NCBI GenBank assembly: GCA_048013815.1
Contig: CM106586.1
Location: forward strand, 23,126,001 to 23,190,000
Reading direction: 5' to 3'
DNA from: Setoptus koraiensis
Lineage: Eukaryota; Animalia; Arthropoda
Length of the DNA stretch: 64,000 bases
The position numbers and the translations under genes are program-made. Below are positions 23,301 through 35,412 of this stretch, piece by piece (the first letter of the stretch is position 1; each line of letters starts with the position of its first letter). The notes beneath the pieces were generated by a model that was given only the letters and a program-made list of their open reading frames with translations, was not told where the DNA came from and did no database searches.

Positions 23301-25794
23301 ATAAAATGTTGATGATGATGCTACTGGTGTGCGACCGTTTCTAATGTTAATTTGGTAAGGTATTGAAGTCGTCGTTGGCATTCTAATAATAATAATAATC
23401 ACATTCTCTTGAAAGTATCTGTGCAATCTCGCGTTGCGAACAACCAATAAGACAGAAAGCTCGAAATTAGGCTATCGGTCATCTGGACACTGTACGAGCT
23501 TTATTTCTCTTATTTGAATTCGCCATCAAGGTGTTCACCATCCACTACGGTAAGGAGTCAGTCGAGTGTATAATCAACCATGACCATCATTATAAAACAT
23601 CACCATCATCAACTACTACAGAATTGATATATCTACACTAGACAAGCACTTTATCCAATATTGTATACCCATATACATAATTTCTCTCTCTCTCTCATTT
23701 ATGGGTATTTTATTTATTTATATAAATGCAAACATACGACATGTTTTCTGACGTTGTTGATTCTTATGTTGCTAGTGTTAGCCGACTCAAAAAAAAAGAA
23801 AAATCCACAGGTGATCATCATTATAATAACATTGCGCCATATCAGGTTTTCAATGGTTTCTCGGCTCAAGGGGATCAGAGCAACGTCTAGTCTAGTCGAT
23901 GGGAATGTGAGCATATCCTCTATGGTGATGAAGCCAAGGTGATGAGGAGAGAAGACTCGATTGAAGAAGCTCTCGCTTCTTATTTTTGTGTTCTTGTTCA
24001 TGGACTTGATTAGTAACAAGTAAAATTCTAGCCAGCTCAACTTTGATCGTTACTATGCCGAGTCTCTCTCTCTCTCTCTCTCGTCTCTCGCTTTATGTCT
24101 GCCACCATTAAGACAAGATCCTACGAAAGTGAACAGGTAAAATTGAACAGGTTTGCCGAATCACATTTACTTTATTCACGGGCAATAACACACTGTTTCT
24201 TTTTTATGATGATGATATGATTGAAATCTAGCTCAACCCATTACTCCCTTTGTCTAACTTTCTGGATTTCTTTCAAGCTAGTCATTGATCACAACCAGAG
24301 GGAGGGGAAGAGAGAGAGAGGGAGAGACTCAACAGGATGATATGATATAAATAGTGATATTATTAGATATTATAATTGATCTTGCAATAATTCAGTGTCC
24401 ATGTGAGCTGCTATAAGCTAGCTCATTCACTTTGAGACGCTGTAATGATATCAACATGTCGGCATGCTACTAAGCAGAACAAGGCCTCGCCATAAGTAGG
24501 TCCATGAGCAGTAGTTGTCCTAGAATCCGCAACAACAGCAACAACCTCGAACACAACAGCAATAACAATTTCGACAACCACAACAACTATAGGACCTTAG
24601 ATTAGGCACATTGGAGACTTCAGTGCGACAGCCGACAAGAGTATCCTGATATATGTCTATTGAGAGCCAAAAAAATTTTACCCAACAGATACCTTTGATG
24701 CGATTTCATCTCCATCATTCATTTTCCTAAGGTATGCACCGACAGTGCACCTATCAACCCCCTCTGAATATGTATTTCCGTAACTAATCACTCATTTTCA
24801 TTCTTCTGCTCCCTCCCTCTCCTCTTGTCTGCTTCTTGTCTAAGTCTAATAGACTCGTTTGCACTTCCGCATCATTATCTCAGGCCCATCTTTTATTTAG
24901 ATCAGCATCATCTTCACCCTTCTATTGAACATCTTTCGACAATATCACTTATCAATAGGAGGGAGGGAGGGCGAGGGAGAGAGAGAGAGGGGGGGAAGAA
25001 AGAAAGAGAATCCACCTGCCATCAACTATCGCTAGATATCATAATATAATCCCTCTGCAACTACCATCTAACAGTTGGAACCTTAAAATACTTTTACATG
25101 TGAGAGAACCAACTGACCCGAGGCTATCTCAAATTGTTATCTAGAAATACACCTATGCGTTTATGTCTGGCCGTCTAGCCAAAAGTTGTTAGTCTGCCTG
25201 GTAAGTCGCCGCCAATATCATGTCAGTTCATTCGTATATATTCTGTATAAATTGCTCTCTGAGTAGCGTAGAACTACTAATTATATTATAGCCAACTTGT
25301 TCAACACCAACAGCTTCTTTGATCAAAAAAAAGTCGAGCTGCACTCTATAGATGAGCTCTCCAAACATTCTGCTTATTATATTCTATTCGTTAAGCGGTG
25401 GAACCCTGAGCAAACTTTTCGCTCATCGATAGCCACATATGGACATCAAGAATGGATTTGAGTTATCTATTGAATGTCACGACAAACAAGTACAACTCAA
25501 CCGAAGAGGCTACACACATTAAAACTACTTGTATATCAATGCCAAATAGTAGAACATGTCATACTGTTATTATCCTTTTCCAGATAGTCCGAGCAAAGTA
25601 AATATCTATATGTACCATGTATTCGTGTCTTTGTCGCCAGACTGGTGCACATGGGTAACATAGGTAATTTATTTAAGGCCATCTAATTGATGGTAGTTTA
25701 ATTAATTAATTAGTTTCAATTACATCACATCTCAATACTTAAGTATCATTTGGGGTTTGTTGTTAATGTCACAAGTTTCGATTGATTGATTAAA

Positions 25795-26598
25795 TCATCC
25801 ATGTGCCAATTGTTGACATGTTCTCTCAACCTTACATTTGGTCAGTGCCTCAGTTTTAACAAAATCCACTTGTCTGTACACTGTTGATTGCATTGATGGT
25901 GGTGAGATTTGTCGAGGCAGGGGCTTCTTCTGTTGCTGGGGCGAATGATCCTTTTTATCATTGAATGATAATTTGTCTAATTCCATGTATAACGACAGAT
26001 ATTGAATGCTCTGACTACCCTCAACTCCACACGATTGGGATTTTTGATGCAATGTAGCGCTAGAACACTGATTGGTGGGTTTGACAGAAGATATTGATGT
26101 GGACAGGGTCTTTCTATTGTTAGTTGTAAAATAACCAGGTTGCATCTGCTGGTTCTGATGATGCTTGGCATTACCATTGACCAACTTCGCCGCCTCCGAT
26201 CCTGTAACTGGAACTTCCAAATTCTTCAATTGTTGTTGTTTTATGGAGAATTTTAATGGTTTCTCCGGTTTTGGGGGTGGTCCAGTGTGACATTCACTTA
26301 TTGGTATGTATAACTGTGAGGATCCTTCCATCATTACAGATCCATTTGATGTTTTCTTCATAGAAGAGGTCAGTAATGATGATGTTGGTCTAGGTGGAAG
26401 GGCTTTCTCGTTCCGCGATCTCATAGAAGATGTCAAGTTAGACATGGTAGACCTACTTCCGTTAACAACAGGATAGGAAATCTTTGATGAGCCCGTCGCC
26501 CAAGATGAAGAGGCACCGTGTTGCGATCTAGCGCTAGCTAGAGACCTATGCTGCAATCGAGTATCTGGTGGCGGTGGTGGTGGAGGTGGCCGACTTGG
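25795..26598 (-). CDS. dos: Terminal exon of a DOS/Gab-family docking protein (upstream exons not located)
   Basis: C-terminal TVYRQVDFVKTEAL resembles the DOS VVYRSVDFVKTEAF SHP2/Csw site. Also present: IQYLSL (second SHP2-type Tyr), LYIPISECHTG and Pro-rich SH3 ligands. An AG acceptor at 26600-26599 opens the frame at PSRPPPPPPPP. Confidence 0.75.
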   Translation of the reverse strand, partial: PSRPPPPPPPPDTRLQHRSLASARSQHGASSSWATGSSKISYPVVNGSRSTMSNLTSSMRSRNEKALPPRPTSSLLTSSMKKTSNGSVMMEGSSQLYIPISECHTGPPPKPEKPLKFSIKQQQLKNLEVPVTGSEAAKLVNGNAKHHQNQQMQPGYFTTNNRKTLSTSISSVKPTNQCSSATLHQKSQSCGVEGSQSIQYLSLYMELDKLSFNDKKDHSPQQQKKPLPRQISPPSMQSTVYRQVDFVKTEALTKCKVERTCQQLAHG

Positions 26599-27864
26599 CT
26601 ATTATACAAACATTAAAAAAAGATATATGCACATGTGTAAGTAGAGGTTCTGGTAATTAATAACGTTTGTATTGAAAGCGATAGTCTAATGACTTTATAA
26701 TCAATGTCGAAAGAGTGAAATACAATCCAAATCTGCTATATGTTAGACATCCGATCATCGAGCCTGCGGAAACTTCAAATGTATAAACGAAACAACAGTT
26801 GCTAGAACAAGCAAAAATTTCCCCTGCCGACACATGTTAGACGTGTAATTCGACTCTAATAAAACCAATCTGTTAACTTCTTCTCGCATAAGACAATTTA
26901 TATATATATATAAATATATATGATTCTCCATGTATCTAGCATGGGGCTTGGAGTGTTTGGGTAGCAGTAAAAGTCGAGATAAAATCAACAAGTTTCGATT
27001 AGTTGCGATATTCTTAAGGGTATTGTAATGTGATGAGACATATGAGATGCAATAAAACATTTGAGCAAACATATGTGTGATATCGTTTTTCATCTAACAA
27101 GTTGTAGTGGATGTCGTCTGGGTTCATTAATTATTCGAATAATGAACTCGTGTATGTTCTTGTGTTGTGTGTAATTAAGAAGTGTCGCCAATGATAATAA
27201 AAGTCTAGCTTTGTTTAGGAAACAGTTAGAGAGTACAGTTAAAGTGTTAGTAGACAAATTAATTATTTGATGCATCCTTGGCACTTCAATCAACACTATC
27301 ACAACACATTATACTGATCGGTATAAACGTTTGAGAAAATCAAATACTCAAGTTATTCTGTTTGTATTATGAATGTGCTAGGTCCAAGACAGAGTGAAAT
27401 ACTGATCAATGTTCGTGAAAGGACTTTAACTTATTGTGGCAACTGTAGTGAAAGATGATTCTTTTCTAAATCTCAATGTTTCAGGCCGCGAATTATCTGA
27501 ACGACAACATGTTGAGGTTGTGTATAAACACATGGGGTTTACGACGATGATAAGTGTCTGAGATGATTTGACTATAATGACTCAGACGATAATAAATGGT
27601 CGTCTTGTTTTCCTCCGTAATCTCTAATAGAATATCTAATGACTCATTGGTGTGGTTTGTAATCATCGGCGTCACTCGAATGCTGGACTTCTCGTTGGTC
27701 ATATCCTTCGACATTCAACATATATCTAATTAGACTAAAGCTATTAGATTTGGTGAACAGTCATGAGAACGGTCCTCACAAACAGACATCCAAAGAATTG
27801 AATCTCCAACGTTAAAATCAAAGTTAAAGAATCTCTACTCAAAAAGTACCTCAATTAATCAACT

Positions 27865-29070
27865 ATGGAAGAATTAATTTCTCAAACTAAAAAGTTATCA
27901 TCTTCATCGAAGAATAATGGAAAACTAACCCAACTCGCCATAACTAAGTTTCATCATTTGAAGGCTTGGTTATTTGGGATAGCCGTAATAGTTTTGGTTG
28001 GCTATAGCCAATTTAGATCACATTTTCATTGTAAAGAAAGAGGGTCACTAGATCAAAGCACTTGGAATACACTGTGCTGGACAAATGGGACAACCACAGT
28101 TACAACAGGCCCTAAAGATAATTCAATGCCGCATGTTGGGATATATTTTGTAAGAAATGAGGAAGAGAATATAACAGAGAAACATGATCACATTCAATGG
28201 TTATGGATGCTACTCATTTCAATGATTATATGCTCGTGCGTGACTCTAAAAGTTTGGTCATCGATATTCTCCGATAGTAACTTGAAATTAGTATTGAAGC
28301 TGGAAAAGAAAGAAGCGGAGAAGAAAGAAGCGGAGAAGAAAGAGGCAGAGAAGACAGGGGCGAATACTCGAAAGAATGTGTACGAAAAAGAGTTAGAGAT
28401 GTATATCAGTGGTTTGGAGAGTTTTCTGAAGAGCAAAATCTATGAAAATGTCGATATCTCATCAAAAATATTTTGTTATGCAACCCTCTCACTTGTGATG
28501 ACATGTTTGCAAATTGGATTCACTTTCTACTTCTTAGGTGTCATGTATGCCTTGTATGGCTTCAACTTTTGTTGGCAAAAAATGGGATTGCCCTCATTTG
28601 ATTTTGTATTGGAATGGCCCACCGTAACTGAATGCGCAATACAACTAACAGGATTCAACGGCGAAGAAGAGACAATCCATACATTTTGCACCGTGCCAAT
28701 TAATCAGACATGTAGTGTACTATTCGCAGCAATCTGGTGGCTGCAATTTGTAGATCTACAGGTACAGGTGTACAGTTGGATTAAGTTTGCAACATGTTGC
28801 TTGTCGTATAGAATGAGCAGATTTTGGTTTAGATCTAGGTGGCCGGACGCTTTAAAAGAAGTGGATGAGATATGTAACTTAGAAGCTGCCAAGGAAAAGA
28901 ACGATGTATTGTATAGCAAAAATAGATATAGCATCGATATGATCTTCATATTGTATCTATTGAGCTTGAGAATCAACAATAGAAATTACATGAACAGAGT
29001 CATAATTGATACAATGGAGCGGCTTAGATTGAATATCAATGGACGATGCTTGTCTGAGTCAGGAGTATGA
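27865..29070 (+). CDS. Highly divergent innexin (gap-junction/hemichannel protein), intronless, 401 aa
   Basis: Four hydrophobic segments with innexin topology. Extracellular Cys pairs HFHC...TLCWTNGT and WPTVTEC...TFCTVPIN, equivalent to PIDC...TYCW and FPKVTKC...LCVLPLN. HIQWL stands in place of the YYQWV signature. Confidence 0.8.
   Translation: MEELISQTKKLSSSSKNNGKLTQLAITKFHHLKAWLFGIAVIVLVGYSQFRSHFHCKERGSLDQSTWNTLCWTNGTTTVTTGPKDNSMPHVGIYFVRNEEENITEKHDHIQWLWMLLISMIICSCVTLKVWSSIFSDSNLKLVLKLEKKEAEKKEAEKKEAEKTGANTRKNVYEKELEMYISGLESFLKSKIYENVDISSKIFCYATLSLVMTCLQIGFTFYFLGVMYALYGFNFCWQKMGLPSFDFVLEWPTVTECAIQLTGFNGEEETIHTFCTVPINQTCSVLFAAIWWLQFVDLQVQVYSWIKFATCCLSYRMSRFWFRSRWPDALKEVDEICNLEAAKEKNDVLYSKNRYSIDMIFILYLLSLRINNRNYMNRVIIDTMERLRLNINGRCLSESGV
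28303..28350 (+). repeat. 15-nt in-frame repeat x3 (EKKEA) in the innexin cytoplasmic loop
   Basis: gaaaagaaagaagcg gagaagaaagaagcg gagaagaaagaggca. Confidence 0.85.
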
Positions 29071-30148
29071 TCGAGGCGAAGAACTAATTTACTCACCTTT
29101 TTCACTGTAAAATTCAACATGATACTGTTTTCCTTATGAGTCAGGATGTTTCCTTAATTTATACCGTCTAATTAAAAACGGTCCGAGCTATGATAAATGT
29201 ATTAAAATAATAGTAATGCGAATAATATGCAATGATTGGCAAAATTCTCCTATTAAAGCTTCTGTAAAATAAATACTGTCTGTCAGCTGTTCGGTTATTT
29301 TGGGGAGCTACAGTTTTTTGTAATTTGTATAATGTCTTGAAATGTCCGTTGAATAGTGATTTTATCACAATGAATTAATTTCGGTAAGTTAATAAGTTAA
29401 TAAAAAGCTTCAGGTACAATTGGACATGGCAGCAACAGTTGCGATAACAAGAAATATCTGGTATTTCTGTGAGTCATTGGCTTCTCTGTATTTATTTTTC
29501 GAAAAATAGCGCTGGATTTAAATCATAAACTTCGCGTTCCAGTCTTCAGAACAGATCAGACAAAGATCTACAGTGCTTTTCAGGCCTTCTTTATCATTGG
29601 AAAGCAGAAAGAATGCGAAGAGTTGCTTACAAGTTGTTACGAGTTGTTAGTGGATTTAATTTATCGATCTCCGGAATGACCTTCTAATGGAAACAAAAGA
29701 GGGTTCTATGATAAGAGTGCGTGGCGATCTCAGCTTTTCCTAGACTGCCTGGTCCCTCTACTAGAATGAACTCGATCTCACTTGCATTTGCCTAATCCAA
29801 ACGAAATCTAATATTGTTATACTTACAAATCTTCCTGATTTTATAGAGTTAGCCATTACTGTGTGATTGGTTAAACCTAGGAATAGACTAGATTTTACTC
29901 CAGTTTTTTTGTTGATAGCAACCAACTCAATACAAATTATTTGACCAGATGAGACGGAAATTTCATTCAAGAATTCTTGTTCACACATCAGAATGACAAC
30001 AACAAGTGATAATGTATATAATTAGGTTTGAGTTCAATGAAAATCTAAGTTTCAATAAATTTTAATTTAATTGATCCATCTACTCGGTTGAAATGACTAA
30101 GGCCGATTGAGTCCTCATTATGTTGTCGTGCAATTAAAATCCAACGCA

Positions 30149-31765
30149 TCAGTCCAGCCGATGGTATAGAAACGAGGCCTTCTCATTTCCAGTTTCGTTG
30201 AGTTTAGTTCTTAGACCTCTATATGTTCGCTTACTTCTATCTTTAACATTTTTGTAGGCCAGTCTCATTACAGGATTGATGCTTCGTAGAAATAATCCAC
30301 CCTTTCCTTTCATGGTATTCAACCAATCTTGATATTGGTTCTTCAAATGTTTTGCTGACCTTTCCTCGTACAAATTAACTTCATACTCAAATTCGTCGTT
30401 AAATCCCTCGCCTGCATTGAGCATGTCCAATCTACCCTCAACGAATTGTCGAAAAATTTGCAGATGTAACATCTTCTGAAGATAAGGCTGCACAGGTGCT
30501 GGTCTTGTTTTAACAAATGTATCATAGTTAAAAGTTATCTTGTCGCCGTTGTTGAATTGAAGTGCCTCCCTATAGCCACCAATGAGCATTACAACAGCTT
30601 TTAAGAAGGCCCTTGCCAAACAGTCACCAATAATAATGGGACCTTTAAGATTTCGTTTCAGACAATTAACGATCTCCATGGGCATTGTTTGCAAATCATC
30701 ATATGGTGTTTCTATGATATTTTCGTCTGCTCTTAAAATTACAACTTCAACGATATCTTTGGGGTTGATTTCTTTCATAATACAATCGGGAACTCCAATG
30801 AGAAATGGCATAGGCGCCGTGACATAACCAACCAAATGTGATGGTAATATTGGAATATAGATGTGTTGCCAATTCATTGGATAAATAAGGGTATTAGCGG
30901 CTTGGACACATGATGACAATCGATCTAGTCTCTTTGATGTGACTATTATCCTCCTCTCATTTAGTATGCTGGCAAAAATAGTTATCATATTGTTCACATC
31001 TATGGCACTGAAATACTCGGCAAGATTTCTCTGGTTAGATTTACAAAAGAATCAGAGGACGCGGAAATTTCGACCTTTGTGTTATCAAATAATAACAATA
31101 ATAAAATATTTGAAAAATGTGTAGACATAATACTTACGTCTTGCGGAATTGTTGGTATGATACAAGTATCAGGACAAAAGGCAACAAAGTCTTTCGTCTT
31201 GCCATCTGCAAAATATGAAACCGTAAAATTGGCCCCGGGGGTTGGCATCTCACTCATATGGAGACATCTTAGGAATTCTAAAAGACATGATTGCTATATT
31301 ATATATTAGAGGGGAAAAGATTGTCAGAAACAAATTATGTATGGTTATAAATCGTTTTTCAACAGGTGTTAACCGTAGATACTGGTAGGCACTATATCGA
31401 ACCTTGTTTGTATCTATGTGTAACTGGGCAATGTGATTGATGATCTTATAAAAAGTATCATGCCAAGGCAATTGACTTAGAAGTACGAGGCAAATATCTG
31501 AATTAGGTGTTAGTCTACAATAGCCAAATGTCCACTTGGAATCACCATTAGTGAGAACAAAGGAGAAGTGAGTTACATTAATGACTTCCATGTCGCAAGG
31601 ATAGGCGAATTTGGGCAAAGATTTCAAGACCTCTCCATCTTTGAATTCTTTTGGGTATCTTCTTTTGATGAATGGTGGGTCTCCATTGATCGGTAAGCCA
31701 ACCTCGCAATAACAATCATATATCTTTTGTGCGTCGCTCTGGTACCGCGTCGATCGATTATTCAT
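30149..31765 (-). CDS. DENND1: DENN domain Rab GEF, DENND1/connecdenn family; predicted exons 31765-31403, 31293-31138, 31030-30149
   Basis: uDENN KFAYPC..FSFVLT..KWTFGYCR; DENN RNLAEYFSAIDVNNM..FASILNERRI..YPMNWQHIYIPILP..APMPFLIGV; dDENN LQIFRQFVEGRL. Phase-0 introns 31402-31294 and 31137-31031. Confidence 0.88.
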
Positions 31766-32384
31766 TTAAATCAATAATAATAATTACATTAGAGCTGATA
31801 TTGTGATAATTCATTTAGAAATTTATATTAATTATATATGCAACATTAAATAATAATAATAAATAAAATATAATAAAAATAATTGATACAAGTAAGGCGT
31901 AGCAATCGAGATGTACAACAATACAAACACAACAACAACAAATGTAATATAACGAGTAAGCACATGCATTACACAGCAATTATTAAATCATCGTAGACTG
32001 CGAATCGCAGTTGGAGGGTTCGTCAAGCAGCTGATCGGAAAAAAACAGGATGTGATCTAATGTCACAGATCATTTTCTAGGATCTAATTCACAACTGTCA
32101 GATCAATTTCGACTAACAACCCTCGAACATGTTTTCCTTTTTATATTGTTCTTTCAGTTTTACGTCAATCTCTTGACTGAGGAGAGAAAGTGATATATTT
32201 TAGTGTACCAGAAACAATCAGTGAAACTACTAACAAATTTGATGGAAAATTACAATCAATAGCTACAACTTCTGCCAGTTGAACCGATGCAAGAAATTAG
32301 TGAAGAGAAATTAATTAAAGAGTTTAATTTTTAATCGATCAGAGAAATGTTAGATTCGATAGATTTGCTTAATTTAGTTGTTTG

Positions 32385-33422
32385 TCAAATGACGTCATGA
32401 TGGCGATCTTTAAAGTGTAATAGGGATGGCCCACATCCTTGATTGTTGCTTGTCACAATTATCTGGGCCCGGTGTGGGTGTGGTTGTTGCTGTTGTTGTT
32501 GCATTGTTGCGAAGGGCAATATAATCTTGTTGACATGTTGAATGTGCATCTGATTTGCTTGTATGGTTGAATTGTTCAACATTACTGTATGTGGAGCTCT
32601 CATTGAATTGAAATCAGATAGTTGAAGAGATCCGTTGAGTATGTTGGGTCCAACTAAACTACCATGAGAATAGACAGCATTGTCATAATTAGAATCAGGT
32701 AGTATCATCCCGGTGTTACCTGGCTTGGTTAGCTGGTCGCTCGTGGGATCCATGACTTCGGCATAGGTGTGCATGTTGTATGGTGAAAATAATCTGGCTT
32801 GTGCCGTCAAGTGATGGCCCTCATTGGTGAGATCTGCATAAACTGCGCTTGAAGTACACGTCGAATTAGTTCTTGATGAAGGTACCTCATAATCGTTTGG
32901 TATTCTACTAATGGTGTTGCCTATAATAGAATTAGGTTGAGCCCAGTATTTGCTAGGAATTGATGTCTTCTTATGAGGAACATCTGTTATTATTGGTGAA
33001 GTTAGATTCTTCTCTCTATTCATACCCATCAAACAAGGGTCTGTTGGGTGATGGGACAAGCGTGATGACTCTTGGCTAGATGATGATGATTTATTACTTG
33101 ATGATGAAGTGTTTGTATTCGATTTGAATATTGTAGCACGAATGTTTGAGGCAACAATTTTGCCCCGTCTGGTACGCACTAAATAAACAATAGACACCAA
33201 AGAGATCAAAATGGTGACGATCATTAAAAAGCCTGCCCTTGAGTAAATGGCTTGAGTTTGTCTGGCCTCGGTGGCATCCTCATTAAATATATGACAAAAA
33301 TGACATTCTAAATCCATAGATTGTTTGACAGCCTCAGATTCGATTGACATGTCACGATTGGGAAATAATGATGCTTGTATCGTTGGAGGTAATGGTGGCG
33401 GTGGCATAAATAGTATATCGTC
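32385..33422 (-). CDS. Unnamed single-pass membrane protein with a Tyr-motif-rich cytoplasmic tail (5' end abuts the gap)
   Basis: Open frame of about 345 codons. PPPPLPP and CHFC precede one TM (AGFLMIVTILISLVSIVYLV) followed by RTRR. Tail has NDYEVP, VYADL, TYAEV and NYDNAVY. The family was not recognised by name. Confidence 0.65.
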   Translation of the reverse strand, partial: DDILFMPPPPLPPTIQASLFPNRDMSIESEAVKQSMDLECHFCHIFNEDATEARQTQAIYSRAGFLMIVTILISLVSIVYLVRTRRGKIVASNIRATIFKSNTNTSSSSNKSSSSSQESSRLSHHPTDPCLMGMNREKNLTSPIITDVPHKKTSIPSKYWAQPNSIIGNTISRIPNDYEVPSSRTNSTCTSSAVYADLTNEGHHLTAQARLFSPYNMHTYAEVMDPTSDQLTKPGNTGMILPDSNYDNAVYSHGSLVGPNILNGSLQLSDFNSMRAPHTVMLNNSTIQANQMHIQHVNKIILPFATMQQQQQQPHPHRAQIIVTSNNQGCGPSLLHFKDRHHDVI

Positions 33423-33922
33423 NNNNNNNNNNNNNNNNNNNNNNNNNNNNNNNNNNNNNNNNNNNNNNNNNNNNNNNNNNNNNNNNNNNNNNNNNNNNNN
33501 NNNNNNNNNNNNNNNNNNNNNNNNNNNNNNNNNNNNNNNNNNNNNNNNNNNNNNNNNNNNNNNNNNNNNNNNNNNNNNNNNNNNNNNNNNNNNNNNNNNN
33601 NNNNNNNNNNNNNNNNNNNNNNNNNNNNNNNNNNNNNNNNNNNNNNNNNNNNNNNNNNNNNNNNNNNNNNNNNNNNNNNNNNNNNNNNNNNNNNNNNNNN
33701 NNNNNNNNNNNNNNNNNNNNNNNNNNNNNNNNNNNNNNNNNNNNNNNNNNNNNNNNNNNNNNNNNNNNNNNNNNNNNNNNNNNNNNNNNNNNNNNNNNNN
33801 NNNNNNNNNNNNNNNNNNNNNNNNNNNNNNNNNNNNNNNNNNNNNNNNNNNNNNNNNNNNNNNNNNNNNNNNNNNNNNNNNNNNNNNNNNNNNNNNNNNN
33901 NNNNNNNNNNNNNNNNNNNNNN
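33423..33922. other. Assembly gap (500 N)
   Basis: Run of exactly 500 n. The round size suggests a placeholder scaffold join. Confidence 1.
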
Positions 33923-35175
33923 AAGGAATGATATTCATTGGACGCGACACCAGGGAGTCAGGACTAAAGTTACAAGATTGCCTAGAGGCCGGAATTGATG
34001 CAATAACATCAAATTGTGATCATCGATCGTTTGGCTTGGTAACCACACCAATAATCCATTATTTGGTGGCAGAATCCAATCTGAATTTGGGGTTTTCAGC
34101 TCAAACGGAAGCTTATTATCAAAGATTTATCTCTGCCTTCACCAATGCTATCGACCGATATGATTTGCGAAGCAACAAACTCAGGCTCAATTATAACTCG
34201 AATCTAGTTGTCGACTGCGCCAATGGTGTAGGTTATACTAGTATAGCGATGTTAACCAAAGAATTATCCTCGTATACGAGCCATCTCAACCTATCATCTA
34301 TCAATATCGGCGAAGGAGTGTTGAATTATGAGTGCGGGGCCGATCACTTGAAAACGAAAGTGATGGCACCAACTTCAGCAGTCCGTACAGGCACGAGATA
34401 TGCGTCTTTGGATGGAGATGCCGACAGATTAATATATTTTTACTTGACAAATGATCCGCAAACAATAGAATTGATAGACGGTGATAAGATAGCTTGCTTA
34501 TTTGCTTTGTATATCAAGAGTCTTCTAAAGGAATCTAACCTAGACGCTGATCTTAGCATGGCGATAATACAGACGGCCTACGCCAATGGTGCTAGTACGA
34601 GCTACATAAAAGAGAAACTCGGATTGAGGGTCGACTGTGTTGACACGGGTGTAAAAAATCTAATCAAACAGGCTCAAAACTATGATGTTGCCATTTATTT
34701 TGAAGCTAACGGTCATGGGACAGTGCATATCTCCGAGAAGGCCCGCAAGAGCATACAAGATAGCGACTCAGAAAGACTGAAATTGGTTGATTTGATGATC
34801 AATCCCTATATTGGCGATGCTTTTTCGGATATATTATTAGTGGAGACAATATTGAGACAGTTCGACTGGACTAATGAAAAGTGGGCTGCCCTATACACTG
34901 ACAGGCCGAATGTATTAACTAAAGTGGTAATAAGTGACAAGAGCCTAATACAAACTGTTGATGCGGGCACTAAATGTACGAGTCCTGTTGGTCTACAAGA
35001 GTTTATAGACGACATAGTGAATCAATTCGGTGAATCGTCCAGGTGTTTTGTCAGACCATCGGGCACCGAGAATGCTGTGCGTGTTTATGCCGAGGCTAAT
35101 ACATTGGAGGCAGCTAGAAAAATGGCGGCTATTGTGGGGGAAAAAGTCAAGCTTTTCACACAGAGTTCAAGCTGA
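33923..35175 (+). CDS. PGM3: Phosphoacetylglucosamine mutase (PGM3/AGM1), 5' part lost in the gap
   Basis: IGRDTRESG, VDCANGVG, metal-binding SLDGDADRL, YFEANGHGT and phosphate-binding VRPSGTENAVRVYAEA. Confidence 0.93.
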
Positions 35176-35412
35176 TGAGAAATTCAAATTCAATTCATCG
35201 TGGTAATTCTGTGCTGGCACAGAATTGACACGGTAAAAATGTATTGTTGAAAACAGCGGTTCAAATACAATACAATAGCTGTTTTACACGTTATTTTTGT
35301 TATTTGTTCTGATTCCTTACATTTCGCACGTAGCGTCTCTGTAAAAACAACTTGTTGTTGTACAAAATTTTAGAATTGTGTTATGTCTAATTAAACAACA
35401 ACGATCCAAAAA

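Noticed and set aside
33325-33950. ORF-track entries 32385-33950 (-) and 33325-35175 (+) spanning the gap
   Set aside because: Both read through 500 N. They are two separate genes on opposite strands on either side of the gap, and their adjacency is not assured.
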